A stretch of 48,536 bases of DNA from an uncultured archaeon (lineage in GTDB: Archaea > Iainarchaeota > Iainarchaeia > Iainarchaeales > 1-14-0-10-31-34): positions 1 to 48,536 of the forward strand of contig CAYTYC010000010.1 in the NCBI GenBank assembly GCA_964442255.1, read 5' to 3'. A program made the translations under genes and the position numbers. The number at the start of each line of letters is the position of its first letter. The first letter of the stretch is position 1. The notes beneath the pieces are model-generated. The model was not told the origin of the DNA, ran no database searches, and saw nothing but the letters and a program-made list of their open reading frames with translations. This document shows, one piece after another, positions 6,706 through 16,227 of this stretch.

Positions 6706-7971
6706 ATGAAAAATCTTTTACTGGCCGGAGCAATTCTTGCCGCACTGCTTTCAAGCGGCTGTACAGGCGAAACGGGAATAGAGGAAAAAGTCAAAGAACT
6801 GCCGGAAGTGCAAAAATTCCTCAACGAAAACCCCGGTGCAGGGATTGAAACAGTTTACCTGGAAAAAAAAGTGGTGCAAAGCTCCATTGAATACCTGAAA
6901 AAACAATGCGGAACAGGGTTCAAAGAAGAAGACTACTGGTACGCTTCGGTTTCAAAAGGCGAAAAAAAGCTCGAGGTTTACTTCAACGAAGACGGAACAA
7001 AAGCCGAGTGCGTTGCGGAGCCGCTGAAAGAAGAAGACAACAGAAAACCGCCTTCCACGGAATGCGTTTCCGGGGACAATTACTGCCCGCCGGGATGCCA
7101 TGCAGGGACTGATGCGGACTGTGAAGGAAAAAACTGTTCCGAGTTAAGGGGAAAAGTCTGCGAACTTGGGTGCAGGACAGAAACATTTGAAGCAGCTGAC
7201 ACGGATGAATGCTGTTTGGGCGGATGTGAGAGAGAAAAAACCTGCAGGGAACTGGGAGGAAAAGAATGCAAAACAGGGGAAACCTGCACCGGCAAATTGA
7301 TTGACGCCCCGGACACGGAAAAATGCTGTGAAGGCGAATGCAAAAAAACACAGGACTTGGCTGTGCAGGGAAAAATTACGCTGGGCGGAGAGGAAAACAA
7401 ATGCGCGGGAAACAAATTGCATGTGACAATTTCCAGCCCGTCCGCAAGCAGCCTGGAAGCCGAATACGAAGTGAAGGCGGACGGAAGCACGATTAAAACA
7501 GGTTCACTCACGGTTTACCCGGGAACACGAAGCTACGCGGTTAATGCGGGAAGCCTTCAGGCATTAAACAAAAAAATAACAGTCACCCTGGACCCCGAAA
7601 ACAAAATTGAATCCGATGCAGACAAAACAAACAATTCCGTGGAAGAACAGTTTGCGTTTGAGGCAAAAGACTATTACGTGAAAAGCCTGGAATACACAAG
7701 CGCGTTCGGAGGAATAATAAGCTACGAAATAGAGGTGGACGAGTCAACCGCGGACTGTGCTCTCGCGGAAACAAACTTATACATAAACGGGGCGCTTTTC
7801 ACCGGGCCAAAAAACTGTTCCATGAACGCGGGGGAAGACGTGGTGCAAAGCTGCACGGCGGAAACCCCTGTGGAAGGGGGCAGCACATTAAAGGTTGAAG
7901 TGGACCCAAACAACAAAATAATGGAAACAAACGAAGCAAACAACGAATACATTAAAAACACGGAGGCGTAA
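6706..7971 (+). CDS. Cys-rich secreted lipoprotein with CARDB-like C-terminal domain(s)
   Basis: Lipobox LLSSGC; repeated C-x-EL-x-GK-x-C modules; VDPNNKIMETNEANN is a CARDB-type terminus. Confidence 0.75.
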   Translation: MKNLLLAGAILAALLSSGCTGETGIEEKVKELPEVQKFLNENPGAGIETVYLEKKVVQSSIEYLKKQCGTGFKEEDYWYASVSKGEKKLEVYFNEDGTKAECVAEPLKEEDNRKPPSTECVSGDNYCPPGCHAGTDADCEGKNCSELRGKVCELGCRTETFEAADTDECCLGGCEREKTCRELGGKECKTGETCTGKLIDAPDTEKCCEGECKKTQDLAVQGKITLGGEENKCAGNKLHVTISSPSASSLEAEYEVKADGSTIKTGSLTVYPGTRSYAVNAGSLQALNKKITVTLDPENKIESDADKTNNSVEEQFAFEAKDYYVKSLEYTSAFGGIISYEIEVDESTADCALAETNLYINGALFTGPKNCSMNAGEDVVQSCTAETPVEGGSTLKVEVDPNNKIMETNEANNEYIKNTEA

Positions 7972-7977
7972 AGAAAA

Positions 7978-8142
7978 ATGCCCGGAAAATATGGAGGGCA
8001 TACAAGAATCCTAAAAAAATGGGAAAAAGAAGAAGGAAAGCATCCATCGCCCCCCTGGAGAAATAAAGGAAAAAGAAGAAAAAAAACAAGAATGAAAGCA
8101 CACAGAAAAGGCGAACCCCCAAAATTCAAGGCCCACAACTAA
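7978..8142 (+). CDS. Small very basic hypothetical protein (54 aa)
   Basis: Hand translation MPGKYGGHTRILKKWEKEEGKHPSPPWRNKGKRRKKTRMKAHRKGEPPKFKAHN. Fills the gap between its neighbours. Confidence 0.45.
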   Translation: MPGKYGGHTRILKKWEKEEGKHPSPPWRNKGKRRKKTRMKAHRKGEPPKFKAHN

Positions 8143-8627
8143 ATTTTTCTCCGCATCTGCACCTTATAATCCATGAAACCCCATTTCCGGTAAATTGTTC
8201 TCGCACGCGCGTTGGAGTACTGGGCTGGAACAGTGACGTGCTCCACCCCATTTTCCCTGAACCATTTGAAGGCCTCGTCCTTGAGCATTGAACTGATTTT
8301 CTGCCCGCGAAAGCCTTCCCTGACAAACAAGTCGCTGATCATTCCCACCTTCTCCAATTCAAAAATGGGGACCTCCTTTAAAGAAAAAACAAGCATATAG
8401 CCGACAGGCTTTCCGGAATGCTCGGCCAAAAGCACTGCGCCTTCTTCGGACAATTTTTCCCTCAAAAAATCCCTGTATCCGTCCTCCGCGTTCGCCTTCT
8501 TTTTAATGTAAGGCTCAAGCTCCAAATTGCTCTCCAGAACAGCGGAATCCTGGAAGTCAACAAACTCCTTCCACATTTCCACAACAGACGGAATGTCCTC
8601 CAACCCGGCTTTTCTCACTTTTAACAT
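8139..8627 (-). CDS. GNAT family N-acetyltransferase
   Basis: ISDLFVREGFRGQKIS acetyl-CoA motif; NARARTIYRKWGF. Confidence 0.9.
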   Translation of the reverse strand: MLKVRKAGLEDIPSVVEMWKEFVDFQDSAVLESNLELEPYIKKKANAEDGYRDFLREKLSEEGAVLLAEHSGKPVGYMLVFSLKEVPIFELEKVGMISDLFVREGFRGQKISSMLKDEAFKWFRENGVEHVTVPAQYSNARARTIYRKWGFMDYKVQMRRKI

Positions 8628-8863
8628 GGCGACAGCTAAACCCCTTTTTGGTTTTGTTTTGCCGTCCCCAGGAAACTTTTTTTGGATTCCCGGGGGCTAG
8701 CGAATGATTCCAATCAGCCCCTTGAAAATATCAGGGAACCAGCACGGCCTGGGCATGTGCACAACACAAAAATAATTTGCTTTAAATTCCTTTTCATTCA
8801 TTTCAAAGGCCCTGCTGTCATAATTTATTTTATGCAAACAAATATTTAAATAAAGCGGTCAAA

Positions 8864-9244
8864 TCACGGGAAAATTTCAAGGAGCTCAAAGAAAAGATTT
8901 CCTCTTTCATCCTGCCCGACAGCCAGCCTCACTGTAACCGTTTCCCCTCTTTCAAAGGGATGGCACTGCATTTCGCATTCATTTCCTGAACAGCCCACGG
9001 ATTTTCCCTCAAAATTGCCCTGAAAGTAAACGCCTTGCTCAACCGATTCAGTGAAACCCAGGCCGGAGGAACAGGCATTGCAGCACGGGTCAGAGGGAGG
9101 GCACGCGATTTCCGTGCACATTGTGCCAAAAGAGCCGATTTTGCCTGTTACAGTTGGCGGGCCTACACAAAAACAGGGATTCCGGGGGACCGGGCAGCCG
9201 CAAGAAAAAAAAATAGGTAAGAAGGCACAAAGGCTTTGCTTCAT
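8864..9244 (-). CDS. Small Cys-rich exported hypothetical protein
   Basis: CTEIACPPSDPCCNAC and GCSGNECEMQCHP motifs. N-terminus uncertain. Confidence 0.55.
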   Translation of the reverse strand: MKQSLCAFLPIFFSCGCPVPRNPCFCVGPPTVTGKIGSFGTMCTEIACPPSDPCCNACSSGLGFTESVEQGVYFQGNFEGKSVGCSGNECEMQCHPFERGETVTVRLAVGQDERGNLFFELLEIFP

Positions 9245-9465
9245 TCCTCTTTGATTTCATTGATTTCCTTGATTGCAATCTTCATTAAACGCTTTTTGCC
9301 GTGCGCGGTGGAATACTCCATCATTATTCCGCTGTCCACGACCGCCTCCACTTTTCCCCTCATTTGGTTCACAAAATCCGGGCGTTCAGAGTTCTTCCAG
9401 TTCACGCGCACCTTCTTTCCCTCAAACCCATACATCTCGCTTCGATTCATTTTTTTCGCCTCCAA
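9241..9465 (-). CDS. Small hypothetical protein, possible Sm/SH3-like beta fold
   Basis: GKKVRVNW..RGKVEAVVDSGIMM..IAIKEINEIK pattern; its stop overlaps the next start. Confidence 0.55.
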   Translation of the reverse strand: MEAKKMNRSEMYGFEGKKVRVNWKNSERPDFVNQMRGKVEAVVDSGIMMEYSTAHGKKRLMKIAIKEINEIKEE

Positions 9466-9553
9466 TTCAAAAGGATTGCCAATAAAAAAAATGGTGCAAA
9501 AAATTTAAAAGAAAATTCAAAACAGAATTTTACGGCAAACAACGAAAAAAAAA

Positions 9554-12517
9554 TCATTGAACCCTTGTTTTTGGCGGACTCTTCAACGGTTCGGAAGGGC
9601 AGCCCTCGTTCACCAGCCCGTTGCAGTTGTCATCCAACCCGTTTCCGCACACCTCATTTTGCCCCGGGTTTACACGCGGATTGGAGTCGTCGCAGTCAAG
9701 GGACGGATTGAAAGGGCAGTTTGGGTTCAGGAAAGAACTGTAGGAATCGCCGTCAAAGTCAAGGCAAACGCCGTCCGGAAAGCCGTCCACGCCGTCGCCT
9801 GTTCCGGGAATTTCACAGGCAAAAGGAAACAAGGAATTCAAAGAAAAATCGTCCCAAAAATTTCCTTGCACTCCATTATCCCATTTGTTTCCGTTCAAGC
9901 CTTCACCCGAAAAAGAGCCCTCGTACGCATTAGTGGGATTGGAGTAAAAGTTGTTTCCCCAAAGGAAATTCAGGGGAGAATACCAAAGGTAAGCGCCCCG
10001 GTAAAAGTTTCCATACGCATTGTTTCCTGTCAAAAGGTTGCCTGAACTGTAGTAAAGGTAAAGCCCGCTGTTGCATTCCGTGACATTGTTTCCGGAAACA
10101 TTGTTGTCGTCAGCAAACTGCAAAGAAATGCAGTAATAGCCAAAGTTTGAAACATTGTTGTCCTCCACGCGGTTGTTGTAAGAGAAAAGCCCCAAAGAAA
10201 TCCCTGAATTTGAGCCGCTGGAAACATTGTTTGAAAGAAAAGAGTTTCCAGTTCCCGCATCCAAATCAATTCCCCTTGCAAAGCCGTTCACGTCACAGTT
10301 CCGCACGGTTGTTCCGCTGCGGTGGTCCAAAAGAATTCCCGTTGAGCCCGCTCCAAGGCCGTCAATCAAGCGCCCACCGCAGTCCAAGAAAATTCCGTTC
10401 GCGTCCAAAACCAGGCCGTTTCCTTCCGCGCAAAACAAGTCCTTGTACAAAACCGTGTTCCGGGTTAAGGAACCGCCGCACCTTACCGCGTAATCCAAGG
10501 GGGCGAAGTCAATTCCGTTTCCCGGGCCGTGAACTTCATAACCGGTTGGGTAACCCGGGTTGAAGGAAAAATCAGGCCAAAAATTTCCAATTGCCCCGGA
10601 ATTCCAGTCGTTTTCGTTGGAGTAAGAGTCCTCAAAGGCTGTGACGCCGTTTCCCGTGAAATCGTTGTCAGAGAAAAGGTTTCCGGAGGAAGATGAAAGG
10701 TAGGCGCCGTAAAAGGAATTGGAAAGGAAATCGTTTTCCAGCAATTGGTTTCCGGAACTCGAGTAAAGGAGCAAGCCTTCAAGGGAATTGCCCAGTGAAA
10801 TGTTTTGGAAAAGGGCGTTCCCGGAGCCGTAATTCAGGCGAAACCCGCGGGAAGAATCAAGGGAAAGGTTTCCGGTTAAATTGTTTCCTGAAACTGAGTG
10901 CAAAAGAAAGCCTTCATTCAGGTTTCCCAGCGCATTGTTGTCTGAAACAGTGTTGTAGTTTGAGCTGGAATGGAATTCAATCCCTGTTTCATTGGATTCC
11001 GCAATGTTTTCCTTCAAAGTGTTTTCACTGCTTTCCCAAAGGAAAATTCCGGAACCAGAATTATTGGAGCAGGAATTCCCGCTTATTTCGTTTAAGGCGC
11101 TTTCCCAAAGGAAAATTCCGTTTGAATTTCCGTACACGTTGTTGCCCTGCACAAAGTTTCCGGAGCCGTAATCCAGTCCGATTCCATCGTGGAAGCCGGT
11201 CACATTGCAGTTGCGCAGGGTAACGCCTTCCCTGCGGTTCAAATAAATTCCCTTATAATAGCCGGAACCGTTTCCGGAAATTGTTCTCCAAACGCAGTCA
11301 ATTGTAATGTTGTTTGCGTCAATTATAAGGCCGTTTTCAGGGCAGTCTTCAAGGGAATTGAAAATGGTCGCGTTTTCCGTTAAACGCTGGCCGCAGTAAA
11401 CCTGTGCCAGGGGATGAAAGTCCACTCCGCTTCCTCCCCCCGGAATTTCATATTGGGCAGGGTAACCCGGGTTCAGGGAAAAGTCGTCCCAATAGTTTCC
11501 GTAAACCCCGTAATTCCAGTCATTTAAGCCGTTTTCCTCGTAAGCATTCACGGCGTTTCCCGTGAAATTGTTGTCCCAGAAAAGGTAGCCTGAGCCCGAG
11601 GAATAAATTCCGTAAAGGGAGTTGAATGCAACCCGGTTTTTTCTTGCAGCCGTTCCGCCGGAATCGTTGAGAACCCGGATGCCGTACCCGTTTTCAAAGG
11701 AAAAGTTGCCGGTCAAATTGTTGTCCTCGGAATAGGAAAGAAGAATGCCTGTGCCGTTTCCGGAGACATTATTGTCAAACACGTTTGATTTGTCCGTGTT
11801 GTGCAAGTAAATGCCCGCCTGCGGGCTTCCCTGCACCAAATTTGAGAAAATGTTTGCCTGCCACCCGTTCCTGTACTCAATTCCGCTAAAATTCGCGTTT
11901 CCGGTTACTTTGTTTCCTGAAATTGTGAGATAGTTTCCGTTTACCCCTATTCCCCTGCCGCTGGAATTAATTGACGTGTTTCCGCTTACAATTCCGCGGT
12001 TGGAATAGCCGCAAATTCCGGATTTAAGGGTGTTTTGGGTTGTGTTGGAGAAAACATTCTGGTCGCTTCCAGACAAGTAAATCCCGCAGCCGTTGGAGTC
12101 AAAAACATTGTTTCCCGAGATTTCCCCGGGACCTTCATTTGAATGGATTCCATAAGAAGAGGTGCTGAAGGAGTTGTTGTCCATTATGAGAGTGCCTGTG
12201 CCGGACTGCGAGTAAATTCCGTAATAAAATTCCCGCACCTCGCAGTTTTTTACCGTTGAATAGTCCGCGTCAAGGAGGTGGATTCCTTTTCCAATAAAAT
12301 TTCCGTCAATTGAATGGGAATTGCAGTCAAGCGCAATGGAAGGCGAATTGATTGTCAAGGCGGTGCCGTTGCAGTCCGCAAGGTCATACCACATCAGGTG
12401 ACTTTCAGTTAAAGTGTCGCCGCATTCGCATTGCACTGTGCCGCCGCAGTCGGCTGCGGAAGAAAAAGGCGCAAGCAATGCGAACGCCAAAAACGCCAAA
12501 AAAAGGCTTTTTTTCAC
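9554..12517 (-). CDS. Secreted NosD/right-handed parallel beta-helix surface protein with three repeated modules and a C-terminal Cys/Asp metal-binding motif
   Basis: Signal peptide; many GI-x-L..S-x-N repeats; three GN(Y/F)W(D/P)DFS..IPG/HG-x-G-x-G-x-D-x-x-P module ends; DCDDSNPRVNPGQNEVCGNGLDDNCNG. Confidence 0.88.
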   Translation of the reverse strand: MKKSLFLAFLAFALLAPFSSAADCGGTVQCECGDTLTESHLMWYDLADCNGTALTINSPSIALDCNSHSIDGNFIGKGIHLLDADYSTVKNCEVREFYYGIYSQSGTGTLIMDNNSFSTSSYGIHSNEGPGEISGNNVFDSNGCGIYLSGSDQNVFSNTTQNTLKSGICGYSNRGIVSGNTSINSSGRGIGVNGNYLTISGNKVTGNANFSGIEYRNGWQANIFSNLVQGSPQAGIYLHNTDKSNVFDNNVSGNGTGILLSYSEDNNLTGNFSFENGYGIRVLNDSGGTAARKNRVAFNSLYGIYSSGSGYLFWDNNFTGNAVNAYEENGLNDWNYGVYGNYWDDFSLNPGYPAQYEIPGGGSGVDFHPLAQVYCGQRLTENATIFNSLEDCPENGLIIDANNITIDCVWRTISGNGSGYYKGIYLNRREGVTLRNCNVTGFHDGIGLDYGSGNFVQGNNVYGNSNGIFLWESALNEISGNSCSNNSGSGIFLWESSENTLKENIAESNETGIEFHSSSNYNTVSDNNALGNLNEGFLLHSVSGNNLTGNLSLDSSRGFRLNYGSGNALFQNISLGNSLEGLLLYSSSGNQLLENDFLSNSFYGAYLSSSSGNLFSDNDFTGNGVTAFEDSYSNENDWNSGAIGNFWPDFSFNPGYPTGYEVHGPGNGIDFAPLDYAVRCGGSLTRNTVLYKDLFCAEGNGLVLDANGIFLDCGGRLIDGLGAGSTGILLDHRSGTTVRNCDVNGFARGIDLDAGTGNSFLSNNVSSGSNSGISLGLFSYNNRVEDNNVSNFGYYCISLQFADDNNVSGNNVTECNSGLYLYYSSGNLLTGNNAYGNFYRGAYLWYSPLNFLWGNNFYSNPTNAYEGSFSGEGLNGNKWDNGVQGNFWDDFSLNSLFPFACEIPGTGDGVDGFPDGVCLDFDGDSYSSFLNPNCPFNPSLDCDDSNPRVNPGQNEVCGNGLDDNCNGLVNEGCPSEPLKSPPKTRVQ

Positions 12518-12579
12518 TCAATCCCCCCAGTCCTGAAAAAATTTTGGGAAAAAAGGGTTAAAAAGTGGACTGAAAAAAA

Positions 12580-12822
12580 TCAGTTCCTGTGCTTTTTTTT
12601 GCACTGGTTCATGGCACAGTTGCTGAAATACAGTTTGCACATGGGCTTTCCATTGCTTCTGACAAGATGCAAACAGTCCTGCCAGGAAACGTCTTCGCGC
12701 TCTTTTTTCAGCTCTTCATCGGTGCCGATTTCAATTAAGTTGGGGACCGGAACGGAAGGGTCCGCGCGCTTCAAAACAGGGGTGTTCTTCTTCGCTTCAT
12801 TAACCAAATGAGTTAAGCCCAT
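12580..12822 (-). CDS. Small hypothetical protein with four Cys (possible metal binding)
   Basis: 80-aa ORF with C-x11-C-x6-C-x4-C; TATA-like tttatat upstream. Confidence 0.55.
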   Translation of the reverse strand: MGLTHLVNEAKKNTPVLKRADPSVPVPNLIEIGTDEELKKEREDVSWQDCLHLVRSNGKPMCKLYFSNCAMNQCKKKHRN

Positions 12823-13064
12823 GAGGAAGACCGTTATAAAATAAACTAAAGTAATATAAAAAGCTTACGGTTAAAGCGTGAATTCACCGGTTTTTTTAGA
12901 ACAAAAAAAAACCATTTTTCAGGGAAAAAAAAATTAAAACAAAAAAAATGCGGCCGGATTCTTGGAAAGAAAAAAAAATTCTGGCGAACCTGCTTTTTTT
13001 CCGCCCGCGAAAAAAAAAGAAAACCATAGCTTAATATAGTGGATAGAATTTAATCCATACCGGA

Positions 13065-13856
13065 ATGCCAAAAAAGAAAACGCCTTTGGAAAAAGGACTG
13101 GACGACTTCGGGGAAGAAACAGGGGGGATAGGCGGGGGCCTGGAAAAAAAAGGAAAACAAATGAATGGATGGTTTGACCGCACGTTCGGGGTTCTTGGGC
13201 CGTTTCTTTCAAGCCTGTTCGGGGCAGTTCTGCTGGCGGTTTTTGTTTGGGTTCTGGAATACATGAATTTAAGGATGGAAAGCCTTTTCGCCTCAAATCT
13301 TGCCTCTTTTATTGCGGAAAATTTTGCGCTCTTCTTTTTGTTTTTCCTTTTCTCAAACTACGCCTCATTCATTGAAAGGCGCGCAAAGGAAGCATGCCGG
13401 CTCTTCAAGCCCGCGGTTACCTCGGCAAAAATCGTCATTTTTCTCTGGGTGACTGCAAACGCGTTCCTTTTGCTTGGAAAATCAATTTACATTCCCGTGG
13501 TTTCAATGCTCTCAGCCCACACATTGAACAGCTTGTGGGCAATTTTCGTGCTGCTGGCAGGACTGGGGTACATTATTTTAATTTTTAAAGGATTAACTGA
13601 ACAAAACTGGAGGGAAACAAACATGGCTTTGGAAAAAAAAGACGAAAAAATGAAAAAACTTTACCGCTCCGGAAAAAACAAGCTTCTTGGAGGGGTGTGC
13701 GGAGGAATCGGAGAATACCTGAACGTTGACCCGGTGATAATCAGGATTGTGTGGATTGTGGTAACCCTGGTTACGCTGGGCGTTGGCGGAATCCTCGCGT
13801 ACATCATCGCATGGATAATCATCCCCAAAAACCCGAAGCACGCCTGGAAGGAATGA
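13065..13856 (+). CDS. Membrane protein with C-terminal PspC domain
   Basis: KKLYRSGKNKLLGGVCGGIGEYLNVDPVIIRIVW...YIIAWIIIP is a PspC signature; N-terminal TM helices. Confidence 0.88.
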   Translation: MPKKKTPLEKGLDDFGEETGGIGGGLEKKGKQMNGWFDRTFGVLGPFLSSLFGAVLLAVFVWVLEYMNLRMESLFASNLASFIAENFALFFLFFLFSNYASFIERRAKEACRLFKPAVTSAKIVIFLWVTANAFLLLGKSIYIPVVSMLSAHTLNSLWAIFVLLAGLGYIILIFKGLTEQNWRETNMALEKKDEKMKKLYRSGKNKLLGGVCGGIGEYLNVDPVIIRIVWIVVTLVTLGVGGILAYIIAWIIIPKNPKHAWKE

Positions 13857-13860
13857 ACCG

Positions 13861-14133
13861 TTAAGGGCAGGGAATGCTGACTTCTTCCAGCTTCCCTTCA
13901 ACCCAGCCTTTATTGCGGCACCCGAAGCCTGACGGAATTCCAAAACAGCCGTAATGTCTGCCGCCAACCATTGGAACAAAGCCCTTAAAAGTCTTCAGAC
14001 CAATGCAAGTGCAATCCAGGTACTTTATTCCTTCTCCAATTCCTGTCCCGTAATTTCCACAATGCTTTGGATAAAAAAATACAGCCAAAGAAAAAATGAA
14101 AAAAACCATAACAGCCAAACGAATTCCATCCAC
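13861..14133 (-). CDS. Small exported Cys-containing hypothetical protein
   Basis: N-terminal hydrophobic helix, then YPKHCG..CTCIG..CFGIP. Confidence 0.55.
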   Translation of the reverse strand: MDGIRLAVMVFFIFSLAVFFYPKHCGNYGTGIGEGIKYLDCTCIGLKTFKGFVPMVGGRHYGCFGIPSGFGCRNKGWVEGKLEEVSIPCP

Positions 14134-14215
14134 CTCGCAGGGATTAAGGGCATTTTAAAGGCCTTTGTAAAACACATATTTAAATATGCGCACGTATGTG
14201 TGTGTATAGGTAATT

Positions 14216-14452
14216 GTGTTGGGCGAAGTAACCACCATACGCATTGAAAGCAAGGTAAAAGATGCGCCTGAAGAACTCAAAAACCATGAAAGGGAAAGCT
14301 TCAACAACGTGATAGAGCGTCTGGTGAATATGGCAAAGGAAGAAGATGAAATAAGTGAAGGCGAAATAAAGCAGATTGAGGAATCCCTTGAAGACATCAA
14401 AAAAGAAAGAGTTCTCCCCCTAAAAGAAGCAGAAAAAAAATGGGGAATATGA
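14216..14452 (+). CDS. Putative antitoxin (archaeal RelB-type)
   Basis: TTIRIESKVKD..RESFNNVIERL..IEESLEDIKKERVLPLKEAEKKWGI; abuts a RelE-like gene. Confidence 0.75.
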   Translation: MLGEVTTIRIESKVKDAPEELKNHERESFNNVIERLVNMAKEEDEISEGEIKQIEESLEDIKKERVLPLKEAEKKWGI

Positions 14453-14726
14453 TTGTTTGAAATACTTATCACCAAAAACTTTGCCAAACAGCTGAAAAAA
14501 CTCCAAAAACATGAACTGGAAAATAAAACAGAAACTCCAGGTTTCAGTGCATGAACCAATGCTTTACTTTGAACGGCTGAAAAGTAACAATTTATTCAGG
14601 CTCAGGGCAGGCAACTTCAGGGTGATTTTATACATTAATTTCAGGGAGAAAGAAATCCAGCCGTTAAGTGCCGGGCTGAAGAAAAACATTTATAAGAAAA
14701 TAAAGAGCAAGAGAATAAGGGAATAA
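14453..14726 (+). pseudogene. RelE/ParE family toxin, frameshifted
   Basis: The frame from TTG 14453 (LFEILITKNFAKQLKKLQKHELE) stops at 14554. The C-terminal half (FRLRAGNFRVILYI..LKKNIYK) is in the +1 frame; the shift is near ggaaaataaaa at ~14520. Confidence 0.8.
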
Positions 14727-14727
14727 A

Positions 14728-16227
14728 ATGAAAAAATTCGTTAAGGGCATGAAGCTGAAGGCGCTGGACATTGAAGCAGGCGAATTCATTGCAATCATGC
14801 GCCCAAAGGACGCGCGCGAACTGGGGCTGATTGCGTTGGACAGGGTTGAAATCAAAAACCCTGAAAACGGGAAAAGCATTGTGTGCGTCCTGGACTTAAC
14901 CGACTCAATGGTGAAAGAAAACTGGATCGGGGTTTTCGGGGACGTAACAAAAAAAATCAAGGCAAAAAACAGGCAAAAAGTGGAGGTAAGCGCCTCCCCG
15001 CAACCGGAAACCGTTTCCTTTATCCGCAAAAAAATTGACGGAAAAGAATTGAACTCACAGGAAATAAGGGAAATAGTGGAGGACGTGGCGGAAAACCGGC
15101 TCAGCACAATAGAGGAAAGCGCGTTCATGAGCGCGGTTTACATCCGCGGCTTCACGCTCAACGAAACGGTTGCAATGGGAAAGGCGTTGCTTGCAAACGG
15201 GCAAAAAATTTCGCTGGCAGAAAAAGGAATTGTGGACAAGCACAGCATTGGCGGAATAAACGGAAGGGCGACAATGATTATCGTGCCGATTGCGGCCGCC
15301 GCGGGATTGTTTGTGCCGAAAACATCTTCCAGAAGCATTACTTCAGCGGGCGGAACAGCCGACGCAATGGAAGTGCTTGCGCCGGTTAACTTAAGCCTCA
15401 GGCAAATCAAAAAAATCACGAAAAAAATTGGGGGCGTAATTGCATGGGGCGGGGCGCTGGACCTTGCGCCGGTTGACGACGAAATAATCAAAATAGAGCA
15501 CCCGCTTTCCCTGAACCCCAAAGGGCAAATAATTGCCTCAGTGCTCGCGAAAAAGGCTTCAGTGGGGTCAAAGGTTTTGGTGGTGGACATTCCAATCGGC
15601 CCCGGAGTGAAAGTGAAAAGCCAGAGGGAAGGAAATGAAATGGCGAAAAGGTTCAGGGAAGCGGGAAAAAAAATGGGAATAAAAGTGAAAGTAATTTTGA
15701 CTGACGCAAGAAAGCCTTCAGGCCCGGCATTCGGTCCGGCGCTTGAGGCAAGGCACGTGATGGAAATACTGGAGGGAAAAGTGTTCGACAATTTGGCGGA
15801 AAAAAGCTGCAGGCTTGCGGGGGAAATGCTGGAATTAAGCGGAAAAGCAAGGAAAGGGAAAGGATACGGAAAAGCAAAGGAAATCCTGGAAAACGGGAAG
15901 GCGCTGGAAAAAATGCGGGAAATCATTAAGGCACAGGGAGGAAAAATTTTTTCCTCAAAAAAAGTGATGCTCTCAAAAAAGAGGAAAAAAATTAAAAGCA
16001 AAAAGGAAGGCAAAGTGAAAGGAATGGATTTGGAGGCGCTAAGGAAAACCGCGAGAATGGCTGGCGCTCCGGCAGACAAAAAAGCGGGGATAATGCTTAA
16101 AGTGAAGCCGGAAAAAAAAGTGAAAAAAGGCTCGGTTCTCCTTGAAATTCACGCGGAAAACGAAAGAAAACTGGGTTTGGCGGAAAAATTTTTCCGGAAC
16201 AGCAATGCAATCAGAATATCGCGTTAA
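14728..16227 (+). CDS. deoA: AMP phosphorylase (thymidine phosphorylase family)
   Basis: VDKHSIGG, PKTSSRSITSAGGTADAMEVL, LDLAPVDD and VDIPIGPG, plus the archaeal N-terminal extension. Confidence 0.93.
   Translation: MKKFVKGMKLKALDIEAGEFIAIMRPKDARELGLIALDRVEIKNPENGKSIVCVLDLTDSMVKENWIGVFGDVTKKIKAKNRQKVEVSASPQPETVSFIRKKIDGKELNSQEIREIVEDVAENRLSTIEESAFMSAVYIRGFTLNETVAMGKALLANGQKISLAEKGIVDKHSIGGINGRATMIIVPIAAAAGLFVPKTSSRSITSAGGTADAMEVLAPVNLSLRQIKKITKKIGGVIAWGGALDLAPVDDEIIKIEHPLSLNPKGQIIASVLAKKASVGSKVLVVDIPIGPGVKVKSQREGNEMAKRFREAGKKMGIKVKVILTDARKPSGPAFGPALEARHVMEILEGKVFDNLAEKSCRLAGEMLELSGKARKGKGYGKAKEILENGKALEKMREIIKAQGGKIFSSKKVMLSKKRKKIKSKKEGKVKGMDLEALRKTARMAGAPADKKAGIMLKVKPEKKVKKGSVLLEIHAENERKLGLAEKFFRNSNAIRISR

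Noticed and set aside
8630..8822. Minus-strand reading frame upstream of the GNAT, interrupted by TAG (possible recoding)
   Set aside because: No recognisable product, and TAG, TGA and TAA all act as normal stops in conserved genes in this window.
15138..16079. Long antisense ORFs (e.g. 313 aa here; also 19546-20154, 37760-38395, 41173-41814)
   Set aside because: They are shadows of well-supported genes on the opposite strand, with F/S/L-rich translations and no motifs.
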